A stretch of 64,000 nt of DNA from Veleropilina oligotropha (lineage: Eukaryota). The notes under the pieces were generated by a model. That model was given only the letters and a program-made list of their open reading frames with translations. It did not search any database and was not told the origin of the DNA. The translations under genes and the position numbers were made by a program. Location of the stretch: positions 372,001-436,000 of the forward strand of contig JBEUKZ010000131.1 in NCBI GenBank assembly GCA_048128005.1, read 5' to 3'. Below, in pieces: positions 1-13,769 of this stretch (within the stretch, counting starts at the first letter, position 1; the number at the start of each line of letters is the position of its first letter).

Positions 1-30
1 TGTCTGCTACAATGGCAAAGAGTCCTTTTG
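1..30 (+). CDS. 3' end of an FN3 exon (...SATMAKSPF)
   Basis: Same ending as exons 1754-2059 and 3683-3988; donor GTAAAT at 31. Confidence 0.85.
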
Positions 31-295
31 GTAAATATTTAGATTAAAATGTATGATTCATTACTGTTGCACTGCATGAGAAATTTTCAAAATATGTAAT
101 TTATTATTATTGCCTATATTGTCACTGATGATCCTCTCAAAGCACATAATATTATTAATCAATATGATTAAAATTGAACATTTGTTGGTGTGATCATTAA
201 TTCATCATTCATACTTAAAACTGAATTGTGGATAACAGTCAGTTAAAGATTACATTTTATGTAGTTAGTTGTATTTTCTACTTTTAAATTTGTAG

Positions 296-601
296 GAAAA
301 CCATCAAAACCAGTCGGACCACTGGAAATATCCAATGTGACCGAAAAGAGCGCAGATTTGACCTGGAAAGCTCCGGAAAGTGATGGAGGTCAGCAAATCA
401 AAGGTTATAATGTGGAGATGCATCCGAGTAACCGGTCCACATGGACCAAGGTGGAGAGTGTGGATGGTAAGACCTTGAACCTCACCATCGCCGACCTCAA
501 GGACGGCACAGAGTATCACTTCCGGGTCACGGCCAACAACAGCGAAGGCCAGAGTCAACCGCTCGAAGCAGTAGATACGGCAAAACCTATGAAGAAAATA
601 G
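296..601 (+). CDS. FN3 exon (type B, GKPSKPVGP...PMKKI)
   Basis: tgtAG/ ... /GTaaga; 306 nt, phase 1-1. Confidence 0.93.
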
Positions 602-1082
602 GTAAGAAATACCTAAATGAGAATGCGTTCTTTCCCAAGATGCCTATTGACAAGTGTTGCTACTTGATTGCAATCTTTCTTAATTATTATATAAGAACCA
701 CTTAAGTATATATATTTTCAAATGATATTATCCATTAGTTTCACAATAATACAAAAGGTTGCTATTTATTTTGAAAAACTACTTTTTTTTAAATATGCAT
801 TACTTTCATTTCATTCTCATAGATAAATGTATTTTATTAATGACTGTTGGATATTAGTTTGATACCAGTCACTATGTTTAGATTATTGTAATTCAAAATT
901 ATGTTTATGCAAATAACTGAAATTTCATATTTATACCCCTGCCTTAATTCGATTTTGAACCATAGCCTTATATTTGCTAATGAATGCAATTCTTATAGCT
1001 TTTAAATTAGTCAAAAGTGGTCTTTATCGTTAGATGATGACTTTGTTAGTAATTTTATTTTGTCGTGATTCCTTTTTGTCAG

Positions 1083-1385
1083 AACCTCCCGGACCGCCTG
1101 CATCCTTGAAGTCCACCAAAGTCGGACCGGACTTTGTGTCCTTGGAATGGAAACCGCCTCTGAAAGATGGTGGAGCCAAGGTGGCCAGCTATCTCATAGA
1201 GAAATGCGAGGCCACGTCGGAAGACTGGGTCAAAGTGGATACAGTCAAAGCATTTGAGACGACCTGTAAAGTCCCGAAACTTCAGCCGGGAGTCGGCTAC
1301 CTGTTCGCAGTGTCAGCTGAGAACAAGGTTGGTCTCGGTGAACCGTGCGAGACGTCGACCCCCATCGTACCTCAAAGGCCTGCAG
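1083..1385 (+). CDS. FN3 exon (type C, EPPGPPAS...PQRPA)
   Basis: tcAG/ ... /GTaact; 303 nt. Confidence 0.93.
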
Positions 1386-1753
1386 GTAACTATATTTCTG
1401 TTGGAAGATTAAGCATTGTGTCAAAAACATCTATTTGGAACCTTTTTTATCATTTATATTCCTCATCCTAATTTTTAGAGACTTTCAAAGGAGGGTCTTT
1501 TTATCTCATGTTTGTCTGTAAATGCTCGATATTATTAACTTGATGCTTAATGTTTAGGTAAACATTTTAAGATCTGAAATTGTGAAAATGTATTAACTTC
1601 ATTTTTGCAGATTGCCAATTTTGGGGCCATAGAAACTTTCACAATTCTGTAATTGAAAACTTTGTATTATGTCGAAATATTAAAGACTGACCGTATATTT
1701 AAATGTTTTGGCAATCATTATTAATAATAGGTTAAATTAATTAATTTCTTCAG

Positions 1754-2059
1754 GAAAACCATCTAAACCCAGTGGATCGATCAATATCACAGATGTTCAG
1801 AGGAACGCTATCGGGATCCAGTGGCAGCCATCGACTGACGACGGCGGCAGTCCCATAATTGGTTATCTTGTAGAGAAACGTGAAGCGAAGCGCAATCTTT
1901 GGACCAAAGTGGAGAAAGTTCCGGCTACTACGACAGAGCTGTTGGTAGACATGCTCACAGAAGATACTGAGTACCACTTTCGTGTCTCTGCAGAAAACAA
2001 GCTGGGCACGAGTGAACCATTAGAGACGCTCTCAGCAACCATGGCCAAGAGCCCGTTTG
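1754..2059 (+). CDS. FN3 exon (type A, GKPSKPSGSINITDVQR...AKSPF); not in the + ORF track
   Basis: ttcAG/ ... /GTaaat; 306 nt, translated manually. Confidence 0.92.
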
Positions 2060-2398
2060 GTAAATAAATTTTATGAGATATAATTATAATAGCACGTTTA
2101 TATGAAGGGTCAAAAGTAATATTCATAATGTTTACATAAAATCTGCATGTACTCTAAAAATATATCAAGAAATAAATTAAGCTATGTACCATCTTTAATA
2201 TTAAAAAATGGTTCTTTCTGAACAAACGATATATTAGGTATAATTCATTTATACAGAGAGATATTGTGGAGATATTTACCTAATTTATGTTATGTATATA
2301 AGGGAGGTAGCTTCTTTTAAGAAGGATTGTGCATATCCGTGCTTGTTTTGTGTCATGTTTTTTGTAAGATGATAATTTTTCAATCATTTCTTTCACAG

Positions 2399-2704
2399 AA
2401 ACACCATCCAAACCAATCGGACCGCTGGAGATTTCCAATGTTACAGAAAACAGTGCAGATTTGATCTGGAAAGCTCCGGAGAGTGACGGAGGTCAACCAA
2501 TCAAAAGTTACACTGTGGAGTTGCGTCCTAGCAACCGATCCACCTGGACCAAGGTGGGAACCGTGGATGATAAGACTTTGAACCTCACCATCTCTGACCT
2601 CAAGGATGGCACAGAATATCACTTCCGGGTCATTGCCAACAACAGCGAAGGCCAGAGCAAACCACTGGAAGCTGATGACACTGCGAAACCAACCAAGAAA
2701 ATCG
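2399..2704 (+). CDS. FN3 exon (type B)
   Basis: cacAG/ ... /GTaaga; 306 nt. Confidence 0.93.
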
Positions 2705-3229
2705 GTAAGAATTTTGCACTTCTTTGTTGCTTCTGGTTTCCTGACTGAATAACTGTTCAAGAGAGCAGGATTTATATATCAATACAGGATTCATGATTTT
2801 ATTCTCAATATTTGTATTTGGCGACATCTTAGGGGTAATTTTCATCAGATTTTGAATGGGTGATGGATGGATGAAGTGATGCTTATCAACCACAGCAACA
2901 ATTTTTAAGCTCCACGGATGTAGTTGGGCGGGCCATATAATGTTTAGAATGTCTGTCCAACCTTCGGTACAAAAAAAGACAGAACTTATTGCATCCAGCC
3001 TCTCCATATTTGATGCACAAGACTTAGTGCACTGGTATCTGCAGCCCTTCGACGAATTCACAGATGAGTGAAACAGATCTAGTTTTCAAGGTCTCATGCC
3101 ACTGTAGTTTATAGAATGAGCAAGGTATTCATGCATGATGAATGTCTCCAATTAGTTCTTCATCAGGTTAGATTATGACAGGTCTTTTCCAATGAAGACA
3201 ATTGTTGATAATATTATTTTGTGCTTCAG

Positions 3230-3532
3230 AGCCACCAGGTCCTCCGACATCATTGAAATCTACAAAAGTCGGACCAGACTTTGTGTCCCTGGAATGGAAA
3301 CCTCCTCTAAAAGATGGCGGCGCCAAGGTTACCAGTTATCTCATAGAGAAATGCGAGGCGACGTCTGAAGACTGGGTCAAAGTGGATACAGTCAAAGCAT
3401 TTGATACTACCTGTAAGGTCCCAAAACTTCAAGCTGGCGTGGGCTACTTGTTTGCAGTATCAGCTGAGAACAAAGTTGGACTAGGTGAACCATGTCAGAC
3501 GTCAACACCCATCGTACCTCAACGACCAGCAG
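3230..3532 (+). CDS. FN3 exon (type C)
   Basis: ttcAG/ ... /GTaata; 303 nt. Confidence 0.93.
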
Positions 3533-3682
3533 GTAATACAATAATTATTATTCCCCAAAACGATCAATTTGAGTGAATTACACTAAGTCTTTCTTGCATT
3601 TCCAGGTAATTTCAACACTTACAGAGTTGATGTATATCAATTATGCAAGTATGAAATATGTATTCTTTATTTTGTGTTTCAG

Positions 3683-3988
3683 GTAAACCAGCCAAGCCTA
3701 CCGGACCAATCAAAATCACTGATGTCCAGAGAGAGGCTATTGGTATCCAATGGCAACCACCAAGTGATGATGGTGGCAGTTCAATTACTGGTTATGTCAT
3801 TGAGAAACGGGAAGCAAATCGTAATTTGTGGATGAAAGTCGACAAAGTGGATTCCAAAACAACTCAACTGCTGGTCAAGAAACTCACTGAGGACACAGAA
3901 TATCTCTTCCGTGTAATAGCAGAGAATAAACTGGGACCCAGTGATGCATTGGAGAGCCCATCTGCTACTATGGCCAAGAGTCCCTTTG
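3683..3988 (+). CDS. FN3 exon (type A)
   Basis: ttcAG/ ... /GTaaga; 306 nt. Confidence 0.93.
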
Positions 3989-4459
3989 GTAAGAAGTGAA
4001 ACTTCATGTTAGCTACAGTATCATGCATCTTACTTTGAAAGGAATATTAAATGGGACTTGGTATCTACAAATTGGGCATGTTTAGACAATAAACATTACA
4101 AATAATCTATATAATATATTTTGCTTTCACTTGTACTTTGTGAATTCTGCTAACAAATCATGATTCAAAGAATTTTAATCTGATTACTTTATGAATTCAC
4201 AATGATGACAAAAGTGTCATTTCTGTGCTATGCTTTTTATATGGTGGATAGACAGTAACTTTTATGAATGCATATATTTGAATTGGGTTTTGATCATATG
4301 ACTGAAAAGTGTAAACATAGATGTAACATAAATAAGTTAAGCATGACAGATATGAAAATCTTGATATGAACTTGACTTCTTTGTTTCGTTCGATCATTTC
4401 ATGTATCTGTGCTTGATGCATTACATTCTAATTGTTTTATTAATTTTCATAATTTTTAG

Positions 4460-4765
4460 GTAAACCAACCAAACCAACTGGTCCCCTGGAAGTGTCCAAT
4501 GTTACTGAGAACAGCGCAGATTTGACCTGGAATGCTCCGGAGAGTGACGGAGGTCAACCAATAAGTGGATACAAAGTGGAGATGCGTCCGAGCAACCGGT
4601 CAACCTGGATCAAGGCCGGCAGTGTGGACAGCATGACCCTGAATCTGACCATCACTGACCTCAACGAGGGGACGGAGTACCTCTTCAGAGTCATTGCCAA
4701 CAACAGCGAGGGGCCAAGTCATCCCCTAGAAGCCATCGATACGGCACAACCGAAACGCAAAATAG
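4460..4765 (+). CDS. FN3 exon (type B)
   Basis: tttAG/ ... /GTaagg; 306 nt. Confidence 0.93.
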
Positions 4766-4839
4766 GTAAGGTCAACTTTGTGATGTTGGTGAAAATTATT
4801 AAATAGATTAAATATAATTTGTTTGGGTTTAGAAAGCGC

Positions 4840-5600
4840 ATTACCGCCACTCATATAAAATCTCATTGATGTTTTCTTGTCCTCTATAACCTGCCCTGCT
4901 TCTTAAAATGCTCATTTAGGCGATTTTGAATTGGTTTACAGAGGTCGATTCCACTATATTATTAGGAAGAGCATTCCATTCATGGACAAACCGATTTGAG
5001 AAAGTGTTTTCTAACGTGTAGTCTGAATCGTTTTTTGTAAATCTTGTATTGATGCCCCCTGGTATGCCTTTGGTTCATCTGAAAAAAGGAACTATTGTCA
5101 ATGTTGTCTTTTCCTGTAAACATTTTAAACACCTGAATCATATCACCTCTTATCATTCTCAAAGATAATGTTGTGAGATTCAGTGCTCTTAGTTTGTCCT
5201 CATATGGTAATTCCCTCCATTCTATCAATTTTGTGGCTCTTGTTTGAACTTGTTCTAGAATATTGATGTCCTTTACAAGATATGGACGCCATGCATGCAC
5301 TGCATATTCTAAATGCGGTCTAACTATTTGCATGTATAGGCAAGTTATGATGGCTTTAGATTTAAAATTAAAGTTTCTCTTGATCATTCACTATATTTGA
5401 TGTCCATTTTTGGCTGACTCTGCACATTGATTTGATGGTTTGAATGTCTTGTCTACCCATACGCCCAAATCGTTTTCTTTGACCACTTGTAAAGTTTCTG
5501 AACCCATTTCATAATTATAGGTATTGTTGTTATAATGCATTACTTTACATTTACTGGTGTTGAAAAGCATTTGCTAATCATCAGACCATTTGCATTTGCC
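4840..5600 (-). mobile_element. Degenerate 5'-truncated LINE (CR1/L2-like), reverse-transcriptase C-terminal fragment
   Basis: ORF 4980-5387(-) LYMQIVRPHLEYAVHAWRPY...LEQVQTRATKLI...RGDMIQVFK...HTRGH is the typical CR1-group RT tail; the upstream part is disrupted. Confidence 0.85.
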
Positions 5601-5898
5601 AATCCTCAGACCATTTGACCACATTTAATTCACTTGTGCCCAAGTACTACAATGAAAACATATGAGGCAATAGCATCAGGACAGAGATGCTGATGGTTTG
5701 TGCGAAGAATATTATAAAATAACACATTATACAATTATTGGGTTTTGTTCAGGTGAATTTAATAATTTATCCACCTAAGAAAACAATATCACTTTCAGAG
5801 GTGACTAAGTCAAAATTAATAATTGTATTGTTATACGACATCAATACAAAGCATTAAAAAGTTAATTAAGTCAGAATTTTGAATGTTTTGTGTTTCAG

Positions 5899-6201
5899 AA
5901 CCACCAGGTCCACCCGCAGTATTGAAAGTGTCTAAAGTGGGGCACAATTTTGTCGTCTTGGATTGGAAACCTCCACTTAAAGATGGTGGCTCCAAGCTCA
6001 CCAGTTATCTCCTGGAGAAATGCGAAGCCTCGTCTGAGGACTGGGTGAAGGTGGACTCCGTGAAGGCCTTTGAGACATCGTATAAAGTACCGGATCTGAA
6101 AACGGGAGTTGAATACTTATTTGCCGTATCGGCAGAGAACAAGGCTGGTCTGGGTGACCCCAATGAGACCCCAACACCTGTTGTACCTCAAAGACCACCA
6201 G
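5899..6201 (+). CDS. FN3 exon (type C)
   Basis: ttcAG/ ... /GTaggg; 303 nt. Confidence 0.93.
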
Positions 6202-6588
6202 GTAGGGTGTCATATATCATGAGATTTTCTACCTTATTTCTTTGAGATTCTTTCAAAACAATCTTTATAAATACATGTTACCTGGTTAATATTAGAAAAT
6301 TGACTAGACTCGCTATCAATCACCATGTCAAATATCATAATAATTAAGGCTTCATTTATTATACATTCTGTAAAGATTTTTGTACTGATGTGTTGCCAGA
6401 ACTATATAGCTGCTGTGTACCTATAGTGCTTCAATAATGCAGCTACCGTGTATATTTATGGGTGATGTTTCTTGTATAACAAAACATGGTTGACATGAAG
6501 AACATGGTTTATCATGCACAACAATTGTATGATATGTCTGTGGATTCCATGACATGCAGAAGAAATGTTTATATGCATTTCGTTACAG

Positions 6589-6894
6589 ACAAACCTGCGG
6601 AACCTCAAGGACCAATCAAAATTACTGATGTCCAGAGAGAGGCTATCGGTATCCAGTGGCAACCACCTGCTGATGATGGCGGCAGTCCGATTATCGGCTA
6701 CTTGATCGAGAAGCGGGATGCTAAGCGCTCAATGTGGACCAAGGTCGACAAAGTGGATGCCAAGACGACTGAACTGCTTGTTAAGAAGCTTGTTGAAGAC
6801 AGTGAATATTATTTCCAAATTTCTGCCATCAACAAAATTGGAACAAGTGAACCTTTGGAAACTTCGTCTCCAACTATGGCGAAAAGTCCTTTTG
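6589..6894 (+). CDS. FN3 exon (type A)
   Basis: tacAG/ ... /GTaaat; 306 nt. Confidence 0.93.
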
Positions 6895-9464
6895 GTAAAT
6901 CGTATTTCTCGTTTATTATAATTCATAATTTGTTTGGTCATTTTTCAGGGTTATATTTTGTGATACGACAGAGTAATATCTCTTGGATGTGAAAGAAATG
7001 TGACGTGAAAGCAAAAAGACCAATAGATTTGTTTGGTTTCTATTTAAAAAATGAAAAGCTTGTGTGTCAGTTATAATTAGCTGATGCTCACGCTAGCCAC
7101 TCGCACGGTCGCAATTTGCGATTCCATGCTGTTATTTGCGAAAGTAAAATAAAGTTCTTTCGCACAATTTGCGAAATCGTTTCAGTTTCACGTCAAAATG
7201 CGTTTCCCTAATTGCGAAAGGAAATATCGCTTCCATTTGTTTGACATTTTTGTGTGTATCAACATTTTCGCCATTTTGCAAACATTTAAGCTCGCGTCGG
7301 ATATATATTTCTCCGAAGATGATTGGTGGTTTACGGGAGCTTCGCGACAAGTGTTACGACAAACGGCTGTGCACAAAGTAAAGCTAATTTGGTCGCGTTT
7401 CGACCTGATTAATTAATTAATTACTGACAAAATGTGAGCGTTTTGCAAGAATGAAAGAGTTTACCGACAAATGGATTTGATTGTAAGCAGTAGCCTACTA
7501 AGCTTGACGCAGAGTGTTAAATTAATGCGGATGGGAAAATGTGTTGTGAAACTTCTAAAGCTTAAATTAAAGAGCTATTTGCAGGATTCAAACGTAATTA
7601 TTTAGTGTTTACTTTTCCACTATGGTATCGATAACTTGACCCGGGGTGACATGAGCTTCTTTGTACATAGCACATGCCCAGCGCTTACGAGATTTGTCAC
7701 ACATATTGTGACTACGATTAAACCTTACAATTTACAAGTGAATAATTCTAGAAAATATTTAGCCTAGTGAAAATTACGACCTGATTTTAAAAAAGATTTA
7801 ATTTCACCATCACTGCTAATATTGAGATGTATGATAAATTTATTATAAGTGATTATTGGATAAAAAAGGAAAACATAAAAGAGTCAAATGTGCAACTCGT
7901 CTAGACCATTTAGAAACACTGGAGACCACAATTAAGTATGTTATTATTATTTGTTATATATGAACATATGCCTGCTGTAATTTATAAATAACTGTCTTAT
8001 AAATACGAAATTAATTGAATATGTTAGTGAAAATTTTATAATATCGATATAACAAAAGTATAATAAACAACATATACTTTCTTTCATGTTTATTATATAT
8101 ATATTATATATAATGCATATATATGCATAAATTATAAATACATATATATGCATGATACCATACATTAAAAGTAAACACATTGACAAACATTAACAAATTT
8201 AATCTGCAACACGTATCGTTTATGTTGCGATAAAATATGACAGCCAAGACGAAATCCACGACACCCACAATAAAAAGTTGACTGGTGATTTTTTTGATAA
8301 TTTACCATTAAAATGTTGCGTGTAACATGTGTACAATAACTATTTGTGTATTATGTGTACAACAAATAGCTATATGATTGCATACATTATTTCATGTGCT
8401 AAAGAAAAATCGTATTTTCTAAAGACAAAAATGGTCTTTTAGCAACTTTTGCTAAAGAAGATTCTTATTTGCTAACGAAAATTTTGTCCATTAGCAACTT
8501 TTTTCTCTCTAGTGATATCGAGCACAGTGTACTCTACATCATGGAATCACCGGATTGTTACCCTCACCTCTGGAGGAGAGGCGAGGGTATTGCAATCGGT
8601 TCCGTATGTATGTATGTCATGCGCATAACTCGAAAGCCATTGATCCGATTTAATTGAAATTTTCACACAAGATAGGGTTTCTCCCTGGCTCGGTCCTCCT
8701 CGAAGTTGGTCTGGATTAGCATCCGGGTCCGGATATCCGGGTCCGGATTTTATGACGCAATATCCGGTATACAGATTTGCGTCTGTAGCGTTAAAATACT
8801 TCATCGTACAAACTTTAAATTAGGCTCAAAATGTTCTTTAGATTACGGGACAATGACATGATGAATTATAAAGGATCTACATCACACGAGATGGCCGCCA
8901 GGGGGATTGTAAACTTTAAAAATTGAGGATCAATTTCTAATTTCGCCAAATTGAATTAAATTGTTTAATTTCGTCATGCAAATCGTAGTCCTGATGAAAT
9001 TATATTGACATCAGCTAAAATAATGTGAAATGTGAACTTTATAAGCATTTTAGAAATCAACCAAATCAAATTGCAACAAAGGGTCATAAATCGGTAACCA
9101 CTGACTCCAGACACCTCAAATTTTAACAAGTGACAGAATGAGACATGATATATCTACAACGCCTCTTGATATACTTTGGGTGTCCGAGCGAATTTATAGC
9201 AATAATTTTTGTTCCGAAGTTAAAATCGTCGAGACGTTGCGATATTTTTGATTGTTCTTTAATTACTGCTATCGCCGTGATATAATTTACACCATTAAGC
9301 ATGGTTACCGTAATATACCTTTCTTGAAAATTTCAGGTATATCGCTTCAGTAACTATTGAGTTATTGCGAGTTAAGTATTGTCAGCTTCAGAAAAATTTG
9401 CAATACAAAAATCGAACACCAAGTATATATAGACTACAATCGCAGATCTATTTAGATATGTACG

Positions 9465-9533
9465 AATAGTGCAAACGGTTAAGGCTTCCGTCGATTAATC
9501 TTCAGGTCTGGGATTCAAATCCTGTTGCCTCCA
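9465..9533 (+). pseudogene. tRNA-derived fragment (tRNA pseudogene or SINE head)
   Basis: A-box-like TAGTGCAAACGG, B-box-like GATTCAAATCC, ends in CCA; acceptor stem is poor. Confidence 0.4.
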
Positions 9534-9534
9534 A

Positions 9535-10376
9535 TTTTTGTCTCGCCCGTAGGGAAAGAGACTATAGGTATTGCTTTTATGTCGGCGACGGCGGCATCAA
9601 CAATTGTTAATGTTTTGCGTTTAGCTCTGTTTCTCAAAAAGTATATGTTCTAGATCAACATGACTTGGACCATAGATGACTCATGGGTACTGTTGTTTAC
9701 TGAATGCTTCGGATGCTTGATATATAACCTATATTTTATGTACCCTCCCCCCCAAAAAAAACAATTATGAACAAGTTATATCATTTATTTTTGCTATGCC
9801 TATAGCAGGTATTCTAAAAAGTTTCATTATGCCTTGAAATATTGAGGATAGAAAGGAAGCAGATATCGTTATGTAAGTATTATGTTTGTATGATGACAGG
9901 GACATATGCTTATCTGTAAGACTTGCTCACTGCCGATAGGCACAGTCAGCTGTTAAGCTTAATGGTCACTCTGAGAAGCTGGGTATATCAAAATCAGATG
10001 GATTTTTAAAAGTGGCTTCCCCATTGGTTTATTCCATGGGTATCTTGTGTTGGCAGTATATATTGCCATATTAAACAAGAACAGACTGAATCCAGTGTCT
10101 AATACAAGGTTCAAGTTATTATATATCCCCAGACTATTGTCCGGGATACTATTTTGTCATGGTTTGGCTGCTAAATATATTTAATCTCGAGCATGTAATA
10201 ATAAGATTTTGTATTTATTTATGTTTCTCGGAAACTTTAAGTCATACAATAACTATATTAGGATCAGCACTGCATAGGTTGTACTTCTGAATTCTTACTT
10301 TACAAACTGAAAATGTGGCCGTTTTCAAAGTAAGCGGGGATGGGCGAGACATATAATTCCGCGGAATTTCTTGTTT
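9535..10376 (+). mobile_element. Second HINE-like element nested in the first
   Basis: 5' TTTTTGTCTCGCCC...GAGAC with GC-rich microsatellite; 3' GGGCGAGACA, AATTCCGCGGAATT palindrome and TCTTGTT. Confidence 0.65.
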
Positions 10377-10829
10377 TAAATTTATATTTACTTAAGTTTT
10401 GTTATTAATGCTTGAATTTTGTTATGATTTGTCATCACATTTTTATGATTGTAATTCATGTTCAGAAATATTTATTTTGACTTTCGCCGTCGTTTTCCTT
10501 GGTCCCGGGCGAGGGTTTGCAATCTCCTCTGATTGCTCTTGTTTAACATGTCATTTAATTGGTGGGCTTCTATAATTAAAAACAATCAGTCCACAAGTGT
10601 TTTGGATGTGCTCATTCGTCTTTAAAATGTTACAATCCCATATTATCATTCTTAAATTTTATGCGATGATTACTTGGAAATATTTTTTAAATTATTTTTA
10701 TTAAACTACGCTTCACATTAATTGTGCCTCAGCAAAGACTCTATCAATAAATTATCTGACCAACTGATGGCTTCTCCATCACAAGCATCTTTCAAAATAG
10801 GCATTATTTTAATCTTTTATGCAATTCAG

Positions 10830-11135
10830 GCAAACCATCTCAGCCCACCGGTCCTCTGGCGGTGGATAATGTCACCAGTAATTCTGCAGACCTCACCTGG
10901 AAGGTTCCATCCAACGATGGTGGCTCACCATTGACGGGGTACCTCATAGAAATGCGACCAACTAACAGATCGACTTGGTCTAAAGTGGGCACAGTGGCTG
11001 CTAACACCACCAATCTGATGGTCTCTGACCTCCTCGAAGGCACGGAATACTATTTCCGGGTGTCCGCCATCAATGCTGAGGGAACTGGACAACCATTGGA
11101 TGCATCGGATACTGCCAAGCCACAGAAAAAGATTG
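10830..11135 (+). CDS. FN3 exon (type B)
   Basis: ttcAG/ ... /GTatgc; 306 nt. Confidence 0.93.
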
Positions 11136-11481
11136 GTATGCAAATTAAAATAGTCATTGTTTGGCACCATATGTTTTTTCTAATGTTATTTTACAGTTGT
11201 ATTGATTAAATGTGATATAATTGTATTTATAATGTTGTTAAAGAAATATATGTTGTTTTATTATGTTTGCATCACTCAATGTCGACAAGAGCAACCATTG
11301 CGTTGGTACATATATATGTTGCAGTAATAGTTTGATTATTAGATAATGGCACGACTAATTCCAAGTTCGTATTCTGACAATACATGTATGTTTTATAACG
11401 GGTATATTTGATGTGTGTGTACAAATCATGTAAAATCAGATTCTGTCATAAACACCCTGCATGCATTTGTTATTCATTCAG

Positions 11482-11784
11482 AACCCCCGAGCTCAGTCAG
11501 CAATATCAAGGTCGGAAAAGTAGGACCGGATCACGTGTCCCTGGAATGGAAGGCTCCGACCAAGGACGGCGGGTCTAAGGTGACAGCATACCTCATCGAG
11601 AGATGCGAGGAAACGTCCGAAGACTGGGTCAAAGTGGATAAGGTCAAGGCCTACGACACCTCGTATAAGGTCACGGGTCTCAAGGAAGGCGTAGCATACC
11701 TGTTCTCTGTTACTCCTGAGAATCAGGCAGGTCTCGGAGAACCGAATGAAACAGCTGAGCCAGTTACGCCACGAAAACCAGCGG
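11482..11784 (+). CDS. FN3 exon (type C)
   Basis: ttcAG/ ... /GTaaga; 303 nt. Confidence 0.93.
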
Positions 11785-12299
11785 GTAAGATTATGGAATC
11801 AGGCTGCGGCTAGGGATTTGTTATGTATACATGTTATTTTGTATATATTAACAGGTTCACTTTGCCATTTATTACCATATCTAATCATTGTATAGTTGAT
11901 TGCGATTAACATGTTACTAAAATAACATTATTTAATTTCTACTTACAATGAACTGCAACAATTAAACTTCCTTGTTCTATGAATGATTTTTCTTTTAATA
12001 TGTATTCTGATCTCCAATTTTGATAATCATGTATCTTTACATTTGTTAATTTGATGAAACATGTATTCCTTCATAGTTTTGCCAAACGTTATATATATTA
12101 CATGGTATTAATGGTAATTCATGTGATATCTTTTGTGCAATTGCTTAGTAATACTCATTTTGTTGACCACTGAAGCATTACCATTATAAGAGATGCAGCT
12201 GGCAGTTCAGTCAAGCCTTCATGTTTTGTTATTCATGGATGGTGCATTATGCTATCAAGCATTACAACAACAATTATGATACATGAAGGCTCTGCTTGA

Positions 12300-12425
12300 C
12301 TGGACTGGGTTCGAATCCTTTTTGACACTTTGTTCAGTTAAGTTGCTGTTGTCCATAACTGGGTGGGTTCAGGCTTCCTTCAGCGACAATATGGACATGT
12401 CCAGATATGACAATGAAGCGTGTTC
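12300..12425 (+). mobile_element. Partial, diverged copy of the tRNA-derived SINE family
   Basis: GGGTTCGAATCC B-box, GTTGTCCATAACTGG and ATATGGACATGTCC blocks shared with 47695-47935. Confidence 0.5.
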
Positions 12426-12610
12426 ATTGGAACAGTAATTATCATCTATCCTAATATTGCACAAGATAATTTAAATTACACATTCAATTTTATGTGTGAA
12501 CATTAGATAATTTTCTTTATTGAAATATTTGTATATGCACGATCATTTATATTTATTAATATGTGCATGTTAACGCAACTAACTTGGCATTATTAACATT
12601 AATTTATAAG

Positions 12611-12916
12611 GACCCCCCACCAAGCCAACTGGACCAATCGTTATCAAGGAGATTTTCAGAACCTCTCTCACTCTGGAATGGAATCCACCGAGACAAGATG
12701 GTGGATCCAAGTTGACTGGGTACATTGTGGAGAGACGCGATGCCAAGCGATCGTTATGGATGAAGCTAGACACACTCTCCGCAGACATCACCTCTTACTG
12801 CGCTCAGAATCTTCTGGAGGGAACCGAATATTACTTCCGAATATCCGGAGAAAACAAACTTGGAGTGGGTGAAGCATTGGAGATGGACAAATCCGTCATC
12901 CCAAAGAGTCCATTTG
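12611..12916 (+). CDS. FN3 exon (type A, ...PKSPF)
   Basis: taAG/ ... /GTatgc; 306 nt. Confidence 0.9.
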
Positions 12917-13383
12917 GTATGCATGCTAACAATGTATTCATACTAAAATAAATATTTACATTCATATATGTTAATTGTATTACTTACTATAACACATATT
13001 AACATTAATACTGCTGAAGGAGATAATTGTGGTAAAGATTATGTTCACAAATAAAATGTATGTATATCGTATTTTGTGAGTTCGACTCGTTTGCTTTGTG
13101 TTATGGAATATACCAATGGAAATAATACTCAGAAGCAAGGAAACAATATTTACAGTTGTATTTAATTGTTATTTTCTACTAATTCTGTAAATGTTGACAG
13201 TGACTCTTAAATGTTGTTTGCACGTTTCATGTTAAAGTTATATTTAACAAATTAATGACATTAACAATTACCTGTTGTCATCTATCACCACTAACTGTTG
13301 TTCTATTTAACAAGGGGACCAATTTGCATTAAGTATTCATCAATGTACTTGTACTCTTGTTATGTAATGTATTTTTATTATAG

Positions 13384-13689
13384 AACCCCCTGTTGCGCCC
13401 AATGGACCCATTGAATTCTCGCAGATTCTCCATGACTCTGTTACGTTGTCGTGGAAACCACCGTCGTCGGATGGTGGCTGCCCTGTTGAGCGCTACGTGA
13501 TCGAGTACCGAGATGTCAAGCGAGCTAGCTGGATGAAGTCTGGCACCGTCAGCGCGGAACACACAATATACCAGGCGGAGAACCTGATCGAGGGCAACGA
13601 GTACCACTTCCGTGTGTCGGCGGTCAATGCAGAGGGACAGGGAAGTTTGCTGGAATCCAAGAAGACCGTGAAACCCCAGCGAGACCTGA
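13384..13689 (+). CDS. FN3 exon (6-mer unit 1, position B)
   Basis: atAG/ ... /GTgagt; 306 nt. Confidence 0.93.
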
Positions 13690-13769
13690 GTGAGTACAAA
13701 CCGCAAACCTATCCCACATAAATTTAGAATAAACCTGGTTTCTGGTTCTCTTGCCTGACTGCTTTGTTT

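Larger units (their letters stand above)
8555..10543 (+). mobile_element. Helentron-associated non-autonomous element (HINE/DINE-1-like), outer copy
   Basis: 5' TTACCCTCACC...GGCGAGGGTA inverted repeat then (TATG)n; 3' GGCGAGGGT, GCAATC..GATTGC hairpin and TCTTGTT; a second 5' end occurs near 43189. Confidence 0.65.

Noticed and set aside
9465..9533. Functional tRNA gene
   Set aside because: A/B-box-like motifs are present but the acceptor and anticodon stems do not pair well, and it lies inside a mobile element.
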